Positions 1 through 11,020 of a DNA stretch of 60,932 nucleotides are shown here, piece after piece. Numbering within the stretch: the first letter of the stretch is position 1; every line of letters starts with the position of its first letter. The stretch spans positions 1 to 60,932 of the forward strand of contig LXFE01000491.1 in the NCBI GenBank assembly GCA_001929475.1. The letters run 5' to 3'. Both the position numbers and the translations under genes were made by a program. Source of the DNA: Neolecta irregularis DAH-3. Lineage: Eukaryota. The notes below the pieces were generated by a model. The model had not been told where the DNA came from. It did not search any database and saw only the letters and a program-made list of their open reading frames with translations.

Positions 1-197
1 TCGATAAACACACCTTGTCGGGGATAAAGGCGAGAGATCAACCTCGTAGGTCTTGAACCCTTTGATGTCTTCATGATTTCTTCGCCAGAGATCGTCCCAA
101 AATAAATACCAGAATTGATGAAGTCGAGTACGATTTGACACTCGCATCCGTTCGTATAAGTAAATAAGTTCAGTTCTCGCATACGCAGGGAGATCAA
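1..197. repeat. Near-identical copy of 2000-2196 next to a 10-N gap (probable alternate haplotype or assembly fragment)
   Basis: Aligns to 2000-2196 with 2 substitutions (67 G vs 2066 A; 131 C vs 2130 T). Ns at 198-207. Confidence 0.95.
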
Positions 198-285
198 NNN
201 NNNNNNNTCACTGTCATGGACAATCACCTCTAAATTAGCACAAGCTTTTTCTTGTTGCAAGCTGTTCAAATCATTATCAGGAATC

Positions 286-1211
286 TTAGATTCCAGTGTC
301 AGCACAGCTGGAAATCGAGCACCTGGTCCCACTTAATGCTGCACCCAAATAAGTTATACCCATTCCTGCAAGCTTGTCTGCTTCTTCATTGCCCTCTATT
401 CCCATATGACCTCGACAAAATAAAAAGCTCACATTAAAGCTCGAGCTCTGAATAAGCCATAATGCTAGTTGAATCAAATCTTTGTTTTCAACGTTCTCAT
501 TGGCTTGGTTCTTCCACCCGCTACGTTCCCATCCCTGATGCCACTTTTCCAGACCTGATTCATCAACTTGCAAAAGGTGTAACTTGTATTCACACAATTG
601 ATCGAGTATTGCGAATCCGTAACAACTGTGAGAACCTCGATCTCCTTCGGTGCATGCTCCAAGGCCCGAATGATAGCCTTTCAGTCACATACATATATCC
701 ACAGACACAAAATACCGTCAACTCCGCCCTTTGATTCGTCTGTCTGCTTCCTGGTAATCTTTCTGCGAGATTTCTTTGGTCAAAACATGATTCTTTGGTG
801 GAATGAATACTTTAAATCATGTTTACCCCAAAATACGCCAATTCCTGCTCTGGCCCTATTGGTTCCATTTCCGAGACCAGCGCCATCGGTATAAACAACG
901 ACCTCATTGCCGTATCGTCCGGCTTATATTAAGACAAGCGACCAAGAGTGGACAGACATACCAGCTCTGATGTCAGTGTTGAGTTTGATCGGTTTCCCCA
1001 GACATCCCAAATTTTCTGAGATATCGGATCTCAGAGCCCCGTTGTTGTCTATAAAATACTGCGCCTCACTTTTTGTTCGAATTTTTTTAAAAACAGCGTC
1101 TTGGAAGCCGCTCGTTTGACACTGACATGCCTCCCATGAAGCGTAAATACCTGGCGTCCGCCCTTTTAATACAGCATAAAATGAGTCGCTTCCAGCTTTT
1201 CGCTTAACCAT
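286..1211 (-). CDS. RNH1: Ribonuclease H1 (5 exons)
   Basis: N-terminal hybrid-binding domain FYAVLKGRTPGIYASWEACQCQTSGF. Spliced catalytic motifs VYTDGAG..NG...ARAGIGVFWG, QTNQRAEL, VTDSQYSINC, VENKDLI and GHMGIEGNEEADKLA. Confidence 0.95.
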
Positions 1212-1525
1212 GAAATTGTGGAGCTTAAATACGAGTCTCCAAAAACAAAGTATGCTGGTAGTTGTTTCAAGTTTATCGTTGAATTAGGAAATGGTCAGCC
1301 TGAGAGGCGAGATTGTTGGCGAATGAAGAGTTTCATCCGTTAAACCGGTAACGATGCTATATTTCAGATTTCCTTGAGAATAAATAATTGTAAAGCCGCT
1401 TTAATGGTCAAATAAGCAGCGCAAATAAATGTATTTGTGTCTGATAAGAACAATCATATTCTAAATATCATATAGCCCATGAAAACCCATCTGTAGTGAG
1501 ATAACTCCCGCCATAAACTGCAATT

Positions 1526-4500
1526 CTAGAAATAAAGTTCTTCATCTTGATCACCGTCTTGGTTCTCTCTATCGGCGGGAAATTCATCAATTTGGTCAAG
1601 TCGTCTCTCTTCGCCGCGCGCTTCAATCAACTCTCGATCTACAGGGCTCAGCTTGGCTAATCGTGCTTCAGTTTCGCTTGCTGAAGGTGATTCCATCTCA
1701 AGATCATCTCGATACAGTCCTTCTTTCCTATGGAAAGGTGAACGTATCTTATCTGAGCCGATCTCTGATAGAAGCGATCCGAAACGCGCTCCAACTTTTC
1801 CGTGTCCATATACAATAGCTTCAGCTCGAAGATAGATCCCTGGAATTATCAGTACTCACGGAACACGTAAAACTTGCGGTTCAACAAGCCATTATGGAAA
1901 GCAAATCTGCCCCAAAGACCTCTTTTATGAAGAAATGCCTCTAGTGTAGCCCGTGACATTAGCCAGTAACATATACTGTACTATGAGTCAATGAATACTT
2001 CGATAAACACACCTTGTCGGGGATAAAGGCGAGAGATCAACCTCGTAGGTCTTGAACCCTTTGATATCTTCATGATTTCTTCGCCAGAGATCGTCCCAAA
2101 ATAAATACCAGAATTGATGAAGTCGAGTATGATTTGACACTCGCATCCGTTCGTATAAGTAAATAAGTTCAGTTCTCGCATACGCAGGGAGATCAATGAC
2201 GTTGCTATTGATCTCTGTGACCGCAAGCAGAGGCTTCAGCAGTTGGTACTGAATTGTAGATTCATTAAACACGCTGATTTGAAAGCCATATGATAGTGTG
2301 GTTTCCTTTGCGAGAGCTAGTATGTCAGCACACAAGATATTTCACTTTTCTACCTTCTTCGCGGTAAAACGTACGATAAGATTTTAAAGTACCTTGCCAC
2401 TCTAGAATACCACCATCAAGGGTGTTTTCATTGTCCTTGAAGAGCTTCTCTCTAGCATTTAGGAGGGACGTCTCAGAGAAGACATACAATGCTGAGGTAA
2501 GGCGAAAATCACTTGTAACCCCAATGAGAGATGCCCCAATCGTCGATCTTCTGATGGATTTCTTCGGAAGGCATCCGCCAGGTTCTTTATGGGTGTACAT
2601 GATAAAACACTCAAATCCACTGTTCATATTTGCCTCTCTCCTCCAAAGAGAATCCCGATTTTTGCGAATTGTGAAGATTCCTTGTACATATTTGACCGAA
2701 CGTGGTCCGGTAAATTTTTCCTGGGTTGTTATGAATATACATCGTGCAGAGACATACCCGCAAAGTATTCCAGCGTGAGTCTCTTCTATTATGGTCGACA
2801 AATGGTCTCCAAACACTCTTACCCTTTGCTCCCTCAGCTTCATAGCAAGGATCGCACTTACATCCAATGCACGAAGCATGACACGAACCTTTTTTCTCCG
2901 AATGATTTCACAATGCTCGTTCTGTTTGATCAGGCGTCTCAAGTCTCTCACTTGTGTTATCGAGAGTACTACTTCAATTTCATCGTATACGAATACCACA
3001 GTAAAAGGGAATGGAGTTACGTAGACTACCAACGTAAGCAAAGCGACTGTCAGGTTCAAGTGCCTTTCCCAAACCAAGTGGTAACACCTGCTATCGGCCG
3101 TTCCGGGAAATAAAAGCAGTCAGGGCCAACAAGCTCGTTGTAAATCTTTCGACGAATATAAATAGTTTCCTCGTTTAATTCTTCCAGTGCTCCTTTGTAT
3201 GCGTTTAACCCAATTTTTCTTGTGATTTTTAGATTCTCAACATGACGTTCTGCTACAGTCTGACCAAACTGAAGAAGGTATGGTGGATGACTTGAAGATT
3301 GTGAAAAAGCAACTACTTGATCGGGAGACATTGAAGTTTCCATTTTAGCAAGCAATATAGTAGTCCAACTATCCATCCAAATTCTTCGCTTGATTTGACG
3401 CGAGAAACTGAGCTTTGATGAAAATATCGCATCTACAGAAACCTCGATGTGATTGAGCCAGCGTTTGACGAATTTATGGAAAAACTCAGCACCGGAGATA
3501 GCGAAATAACCAATGAGAATAAAGATAATTATACTGATTGCTAAGTTCAGGTTGGAGAAGACTGAAGGAGACCCAATTTCACGAATACTAAGAAGACCAA
3601 GAGACTTTGGAGCAATTAGATGGTACGCGAACGAAAGTCTACCGTAGTTACAACATATCCCAGTCTTGACACCAATTCGGAGTGGTTCTGCGTCTTTTTC
3701 AAAAAGAAGGGCTTTGTATATCGAGGGATCACTGATCTTTAGCCTACGAAGTGCGCCGTCCATACCGAAATGGCCAATGAACAAGATGGTCATGAAGAGA
3801 ATCTGCAAACTGGAACTGATCGTAGCGATTGTCCTCGGATTTGAATGATGGAATAGACAATTATTTACCGTCACAACGTCTATGAGAAGAACTGTTTGTG
3901 TCAGAAATGGAATCGAACTAGCGTACTATAAATCAGCTTCATAAACAGCACATATATCTTGAACTCTGCCCACTGGTAGTGATAGCCCTAAACCTTCAAA
4001 TTCTTTCGGCATGATGTATATACTGCATAGAGGATATTATATGGACTGCGGTCTACTGAAAGTAGTCTGGCATATTCGGCGAGGTGATCTGTCCTTACTT
4101 CACCAGCTTCGTTGAATGGGTCCACCCGTGGAACGTTCCTGAGAATCAAAGCACGAAGGTAGATCGGAAAGCTAATCGTAATGGAAACAACAGCGATAAT
4201 TGCCAAAGACACAATGGCCCAGGCCCAGTTAGGGTCATATATTCTATTACTGCTCTGATAGCAGACTTGATCGAAGCCATAGTAGTGTTCTGGATCTGCA
4301 ATTGCTCTATCCGAGTCCCAGGTCGGCCAAAAAGACCTTTCCCACACAATTGCATCGATTGCTAGTTTCGAAACTGGGAGATAGAGCGTCGTGAGGAAGA
4401 ATATAGTAAACATGCCTGCCAGACGAGTTTTCTTTTGCTGAAGTAGCCAGGGATTAACTTCGAACCCCTTCAATAAGTACGATAATCTATTCAGTACACA

Positions 4501-6024
4501 CCTCTATGTCAGTAGCCGCTCCAGGGTCTGATTTCCGCATGCGACGAAATTTCCAAAGAAGAATAAAACATATACAAAGCATCACACTTAAGAAGGCGGC
4601 ACCGCCTCCAAATATGTCTTGTAGATTCAGACTTAGTATGTCGGCGACTTTTTTAGACCTTTTATCCTCGTGGTGGTAAATGATAGCCGAGATTATTAGT
4701 GCATTCAGTTGAATATAGTCTCGAAAGATTTCCAGAGTGATGTAGGAGCTTAACGTTGATCCCTCAGCGCCTATAAAAATGTCTGTGAAGATGCTCCAAA
4801 TATCGTTTTTCGTCGATATTGCCCAGCCTCGCTTCTTAGTATTTGATTTAAGATCTTCGAGCGTAGTATAGCGCGGAAGTTTGTTCCAAGGTGGGAATAT
4901 ATTTTGGCCGTAAGCTCGAAAATCGTTCATTTCTTTCTCTGGCATGACATCCTTCCACGGTGTAAATCTAGTACGAGAGAAAGAAGAAATGAATGTATCT
5001 AAATATGGTAATTCCACTGGAATAGCATATGCGCCAAAAAGAGACTCCGAATCCCTACTTGATTTATTGGAGTAAAGAGACATATTTGTGCGCTGCAAGT
5101 GGTGTTTCTCGGTGCCATAATCATGGATATTAAGTTGTAGTAACTGTACTCCATCAACAATATATCCCCTCAATGGTTCGGACGAATTTTCTTTAGAATA
5201 CTGAGCTGGAGTTTGACCTTGGCAGAAACTGTCCGTGTGAGACAATGTTCAAGAAATTTTCTCACTTTATATATCCTTGGTCAGCTGGATGTAGATTCCT
5301 GACAAAGTCTAATAGTTGCGGTGTTGCAAGAGTTGTATCTTGCTCTTCAGACACTTGAAATATCAGTCTCGAGGCCAGTCTATGGAATCCAACCTTGTGG
5401 AACATATGTACTTAGATGAGTTCTGCTTGAAATTATATCCAAGTAGCCGCTAGAATTAACACCTAGGGAAGGACTTGAAGTCTTCGCTTGACGAGAAGAA
5501 TCAGAAACTCTTGACTCTGGCACGATAGAATCCGGTGTAATATTCCAAGTGTCTGGTTCATGCACTACCGGCCATGTGGTGGCTTCAGATGAAGTCACCA
5601 CAAATGCTTGTGGAGGATGGCGAGATGCTATACCGAATAGGTTTCTCCGGCCGAGATGACGAGTAGTAGTAATAGTATTCTGTGAAACTAAGAATGGACT
5701 CAGTTCAACTTGTGGAATAACCAGCTCATTTGAGATTGACCTACACCGAGGTTTCGCCTGAGCTGGATATCCAACGATTGATTCTGTACCGTCGTAGAGC
5801 CCAAAAGGGGGGTTCTTTGGTATAGCAAGGGGCATCTCTGGTAAAAGTTCGATAGTCTCATCTTCATTGTCAAGTTTACGGACTTGTTCGGTATTATGAC
5901 CAGGAGGAGAGGTGTAATATCGTTGTTCTGAGGAACTCGCGCTTTGATAATGGTATCTGCTGCCAGACAAGGCAGCAGGCCGGTCAGGAGTTCGCACAGG
6001 AGCCAGCCAGTTCTTCCAACTCAT
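1526..6024 (-). CDS. Large uncharacterised multi-pass membrane protein (about 14 exons)
   Basis: ORFs 5380-6024, 4487-5245, 3988-4473, 3056-3874, 2325-3077 and 1988-2335 join through short introns to TAG at 1526-1528. Several TM stretches, plus blocks LYLPVSKLAIDAIVW, ERHVENLKI and WYLFWDDLWRRNH. Confidence 0.8.
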
Positions 6025-6363
6025 CGTTCACTTCTGTGTAAAAAAAAGCAATAACAGACGTAGACGATATTGATCAAACATGAACAAGAACAAATATCGT
6101 GAAAGACCGCATGTTGCAAATAGTGATGGCAAAACAGACACTAGGGATTCGGGCAAGGGCAAGTAAATATACATGAAACAGAATCTAAGATAGAAAATCG
6201 GTGTGCCGACTTTGTCATTGGCTGGCGTCATTGGTCTAATTTTGTCCGCTTAAAACAAACCCTAAGACGATGATTGCAAGGGCGTGATTTATTGTAGCTA
6301 ACCAAATGTGGGTGTATCCGAATTCTACTTATCGACGTCCTCCTGATCTTGCCAAAACATCAA

Positions 6364-7181
6364 ATGGCCGTTCCCGCACCAACTAGGTCAAAATTGACAT
6401 TGAAAGGCTCTGATAAAATTGTCAGCGAATTCTTTGGTAAGTAAGCATGGGTCATAACGTCTAATTGATTACCTAGAGTATAGTATAAACAGGTAACAAA
6501 CATCAAGACACACGTTTACCGGTAAGTATTCTTTTCCAACGAGCTATATACCCTCCCGAAGACTTTAAAGTCGTCAAAAAGTATGGTCTTAATATGCTGG
6601 TTACGGCAGATGAAGATGTTCGGAAATACATCAAACGAATCATGAGCCAACTCAACAGTAAACTTGGTTTTCAATCGCCGTATTCACAACGCAGAATGGA
6701 TCTGTGACTCGAAGGTTTCAAAGCTTGTCGTGGCGGTGACGTCGAAAGATACAGGCGAAGTCGTCGAGCGTTGGCAATTTGATGTAGAACTTTTCAATCA
6801 AGGTCTACTGTCTCCGAGTGCAGCGGGAAAATCAGAAATCTCACAGCAGTATATCCGATTCATCCGATTCCGTCTAAAGGTTCTAGAACAGAGCCCAAAT
6901 TGGCAGAAGAAAAGTCTGAGAAGGAAATTCACGCGGAAATACAAGCAATTATTCGACAAATAACGGCTTCGGTGACGTTTCTGCCAATTCTTGAAGGACG
7001 ATGCACCTTCAACGTCCTTGTTTATGCTGACGGTGATGCGGAAGTACCCGAAGCCGAATGGTGCGATTCCGATCCGAAAGACGTCAAGAATGCAGAGCAA
7101 GTAAAGCTCAGGAGTTTCACTACCGGTGCTCATAGAGTTGATACGATGGTCAGTTATCAGCTCGGAGATGCTGCCTATTAA
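6364..7181 (+). CDS. MAD2: Spindle assembly checkpoint protein Mad2 (HORMA domain; 5 exons)
   Basis: Spliced product [41 protein letters not shown]...ERWQFDV...[17 protein letters not shown]...HRVDTMVSY. Confidence 0.97.
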
Positions 7182-8138
7182 ACTATCTCTTGCCTTATCA
7201 ATAAGATCACTATGAAACCAAATGTACTCATGTTAGACATACCTAAACCAGAATCCTGCCAGTTCACTCTTCTGCAAACAGAATAGGTTCGGCCGATAAA
7301 AGCATCTGACGACCTCAAGCATCAAAGAGACTATTTTGAACTCTCGATCTTTGAATCTTGTTTAGCCCCCTTCTATTTGGTCTTCCTTTTATACACGTCT
7401 CGGCAAGATTTCTTCTTACTCATACATATTATATATTATGCACGTAAAGCACTACAAATATCGCGTTTTAGCTACCAAATATTTGTCACTTCGTTTGTTA
7501 GGCAGGGGATATCTTTACAAGGGATCTAGAAATCTTGAATGCGCATTTTATGACAATTTCGAGCGCACCAAACGCAAGCCAAAAATTCGAATTTTTTAAA
7601 AGCCACATTTTATTAAATTTGGCGAGCACCAAATGTAAGGGTATTATGCCCGGGTAATATCCGGGTATACCCATACCAATACAGTAGGTGGCGGGATAAA
7701 GAAATAAGGGACATTAGATAGAAATGGCTAACATATCTTAGTCTAAGCTCACAGGCCTACGAGCTTAGATTAAGGAAATATAACCTGATCTTATTGTACT
7801 CGAGCTCCAACACTTACACCAAACGCATCCCTAGTCAAGATGTACACTGCATACCGAAGAGTGTTTAAGATGGGCTCAGACAAAAGACGAGATAGTAGCT
7901 CTGGGATAGTTACAAAACGAGAGCAAAAGGATCTGTGTTGGTGAAAGAAAGTTCCCCGGGCATTAACCACGAATTCCAGTCGTAATTGATATTGATCAAA
8001 ATATATTTGGCTATACATATTTTACAATTTGCTGTGATTCGACCAACCATCCATCTGTAAGTTGCAAAACACGGCTTACATAAAGCAACCCCCAATCCTC
8101 AATCCAAAACTCCATTTATAAAAAGACGTCGCAAATAT

Positions 8139-9518
8139 TTAATACCTACGACTTTGTGGTCCGACAAGTTCCTTCAGCAGTCCTCTCTGCTTGTCTTCTT
8201 CTAATCTACTCCAAATTTTAATTTTTTGTAAACGACCTTCAAGGTCGGAACTTGATAGTAGAGCCGAAAGGTCTTCCGACGTGTATGTGATATCAGACTC
8301 GCTTCGATCTCCCGAGTCTTTTCCATGGATTTGTTTTCTTCGGAATAACGAATAGCGGGGAAGAGTCTTTTTGATTGTGTGATGATGGCGAATTTCTTGG
8401 ATGGCTTGTTCGCGACGACGCCGCAGTGCCGCGGTGTATGGACTATCGACACGGAATGCTCGTTTCACAGTATCAGGTGTAGACTTTTCAGAGGTGGAGG
8501 ATAGGTAATAAGCGGGGATTGAGATACTGCTTTCAGAAGAATATACACTGTGCTGTCGAGTTCTTTGAGGGGTCTTTTTTGGCGTTTTCCGGGGCGCGAG
8601 GCCAAGGCTCTTTTTTAAAAGTAAAGCAGTCCGTGGTCTTACAGGAGTCTTTTTCGGAGTTTTAACAAGTATTCTACGTGTACGAACTGCACGAGGCGTT
8701 TCTTCGTCAGTTGACCATTGTTCTCGCGATGAAGAGGATGTATAAGATAAACCGGTGCACGATGGAGGGCTAGAAGTGCATGTTTGAATGGCAATACTCC
8801 TCATGCGCTTCTTACGCGGTGTCTGAGGTTTGGATTTAGCTTTTCGAGGAGTAGTTGGTAAGGCTACGTCTTGGGGTCTGATCTTATATCCCGAAACGAA
8901 GGTTTGGGTGCCTGTATCTTTCACTGAAGGCTTGCGAGGCGTTTCTCTCTGTATGCGAGGTGTGGATATCTTTTTGGGGCGAGGTGTAGTTTTACCGGCG
9001 ATGGGAAGATGGATTGAGACATCCTCGAGGGTTGAATCTCCAGAAGAAGTGGTAACAGAAAAGTACGACTCGTTTATAGAAGGCGTGCTGTGGGGATGCT
9101 GTTCAGGGGAAGGCGAGGGATCGCTGTTTGAAAAATACGACTGGCGGGTCTGCACGGAAGCTGACGGAGGTCTATTTGGCGGGCGCAACAAACGACCCAC
9201 TCCGACTAGAACTTGCACGAGATCCAAAATAGCGGTTGGGTTGCGATTGACAACAGCAACGGGATCGATGTGGGACAGATCAACATTGAGAACGTCAACA
9301 GCAGCCGTGCCTATCAACAATTTGATATTGCGCAGACGAGCAGAATCAGAGTTGTCGAGGCGATCGTGGATGGGAATAGGCAGGCGACTCTTCAGGAGGG
9401 ATTCATAGAAGGCGATAAGGAGGTTTGGGGTAATCTCGAGAGGATGAGCAACGGTGGGAAGGTAAAGAGCGGCGAGTAAAAGATTAAAACTGGGAAGAAG
9501 GTCAGTGGGAGAGACCAT
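8139..9518 (-). CDS. Protein with CEP95-like N-terminal domain (DUF5745-like) and a TP/SP-rich basic disordered tail
   Basis: Single 459-aa ORF. N-terminus LLIAFYESLL...RLRNIKLLIG....DVLNVDLSHIDPVAVV.....AILDLVQVL resembles the CEP95 N-terminus as I recall it. Many TPRK/TPKK motifs. Confidence 0.7.
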   Translation of the reverse strand: MVSPTDLLPSFNLLLAALYLPTVAHPLEITPNLLIAFYESLLKSRLPIPIHDRLDNSDSARLRNIKLLIGTAAVDVLNVDLSHIDPVAVVNRNPTAILDLVQVLVGVGRLLRPPNRPPSASVQTRQSYFSNSDPSPSPEQHPHSTPSINESYFSVTTSSGDSTLEDVSIHLPIAGKTTPRPKKISTPRIQRETPRKPSVKDTGTQTFVSGYKIRPQDVALPTTPRKAKSKPQTPRKKRMRSIAIQTCTSSPPSCTGLSYTSSSSREQWSTDEETPRAVRTRRILVKTPKKTPVRPRTALLLKKSLGLAPRKTPKKTPQRTRQHSVYSSESSISIPAYYLSSTSEKSTPDTVKRAFRVDSPYTAALRRRREQAIQEIRHHHTIKKTLPRYSLFRRKQIHGKDSGDRSESDITYTSEDLSALLSSSDLEGRLQKIKIWSRLEEDKQRGLLKELVGPQSRRY

Positions 9519-9598
9519 ATCGGTGAAAGGAGGTTTGCTTGAATCAGAGGTGTTTTGGGACAGGGAGGTTGGTCAAATTGACGCGAATGGCGTGGCCC

Positions 9599-9734
9599 CA
9601 CCACCATGTTTGGGACAATTCTGCCATTATCACCAGGCTATGTATACTGGGTGCTGTGTTANNNNNNNNNNCACCACCATGTTTGGGACAATTCTGCCAT
9701 TATCACCAGGCTATGTATACTGGGTGCTGTGTTA
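9599..9734. repeat. 63-bp exact duplication flanking a 10-N gap
   Basis: 9599-9661 is identical to 9672-9734. Ns at 9662-9671. Confidence 0.9.
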
Positions 9735-9989
9735 GTGTTGGTTACCGAGATCTGGGGAACCTGCTTGTCAGTATATTGGATCCAGCAATGGTTATTCCAA
9801 GAATAGCCATAAAAAAATACGTTGCGCTTTGTTGCCCATAGTAGAACATTGATGCCTTACAGCCGTACTCAACTAGTGATAATTTCAAAGGTCATTAGAT
9901 AGAGTAGATTTTCATGTACTCAGATGAAAGTTAGAAAGTCTGAGAGAAAACTACCGAAGACAGACTTGAATCGTCTTTCTTCAGATAAT

Positions 9990-10517
9990 ATGGTGTCATA
10001 CCGTCTCCCAGATATTCAATTACTCAAGGCTGCTCAAGCGCAGGAAATCAGCGCCGTCACATCCAATTTGTTCGAGAAATCAGAATCCCTTGAAGATATA
10101 CTGGGGAAATTGATTTCAGAAATGACTTACCATTCTTATCCCGATTTAATCAGCGACGTCCGGTCGCATCTTGTAACACTAACGGCCTCACAAATTCTAC
10201 CGGACAAAGAAGCGTTATTTGACGTGATCAATGCACACCCACGGCTCGGTGCGCGAAAAGTAGACTCAGCACAATCAATTGCCGAACAAAAATCTCTAGT
10301 TGGAGAGAGCGAGGCACTGAGATTGCTAAACGAGGAATACGAAGAAACCTTTCCTAGGTTAAGATATGTCGTCTTTGTAAATGGGCGGAGCAGAGAGGTT
10401 ATTATGCGGGATATGAAGATGAGAATTCAGAGAGGTGATATCGAGGCTGAAAAATTGGAAGCAGTAAACGCAATGTACAACATTGCGTTGGATAGAGCGG
10501 GTAAACTGTCAAGTTGA
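9990..10517 (+). CDS. OHCU decarboxylase (urate degradation)
   Basis: INAHPRLG, S..EQ, LRLLNEEYEETFP.LRYVVFVNGRSR and IALDRA motifs. An alternative in-frame ATG lies at 9924. Confidence 0.9.
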   Translation: MVSYRLPDIQLLKAAQAQEISAVTSNLFEKSESLEDILGKLISEMTYHSYPDLISDVRSHLVTLTASQILPDKEALFDVINAHPRLGARKVDSAQSIAEQKSLVGESEALRLLNEEYEETFPRLRYVVFVNGRSREVIMRDMKMRIQRGDIEAEKLEAVNAMYNIALDRAGKLSS

Positions 10518-10900
10518 ATGATCTGGGAGTATCTAGGATACACTACCAGGCATGTTTACATGGATACTAAGATTCCTTCAAAGGGCAATCATACTTTGGT
10601 TATATTTTTCTTGAGTTGACGTGTACAATTAGACCCAATCCACAAAACAAGAGAGAGGGTCCAAGTTGTGTCAAGCTGCCCCTAGAGATAAATAGGTAGA
10701 CCTATACCAGAAGGACTTTAAAATGCCTATTTACATAAAAGGGTTACCCTTTGATATCCATGGGGTCAAAGGGCAAACTACGAAACATTCGACAAGAATA
10801 TCAACGCAGGTGAGAGATTTATAGGGAGAGTATGCCGGTAGAATAGTATCTATATAGGACAGTACTGATGAAGAATATGGAGGTTATTGTGACACGAACT

Positions 10901-10908
10901 ACGCGCGT
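10901..10908. promoter_or_regulatory. MCB-like element (ACGCGCGT) upstream of cdt2
   Basis: Palindromic ACGCG core about 110 bp before the ATG. cdt2 is an MBF target in S. pombe. Confidence 0.5.
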
Positions 10909-11020
10909 CTTAACCATCATATCTGACATGATTTTACCCCCACCAGTACACTCACCACCAGGGTCTGTATACTCTTTACTATACTAACATTACCAGGAGT
11001 GTTGGCTACAGCGAATTACC

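Noticed and set aside
1960-2035. Apparent non-canonical acceptor in the membrane gene
   Set aside because: Resolved by an upstream GT donor giving a canonical 37-nt intron and SPTSICYWLMSRATLEAFL.
8830-9408. Long antisense or alternative-frame ORFs (also 13666-14070, 32379-32855, 36759-37307, 57996-58550)
   Set aside because: They are shadows of recognisable genes on the opposite strand and have no motifs of their own.
9599-9734. Biological tandem repeat and the ORFs spanning it
   Set aside because: Exact duplication on both sides of an N gap is the typical signature of unmerged overlapping contig ends.
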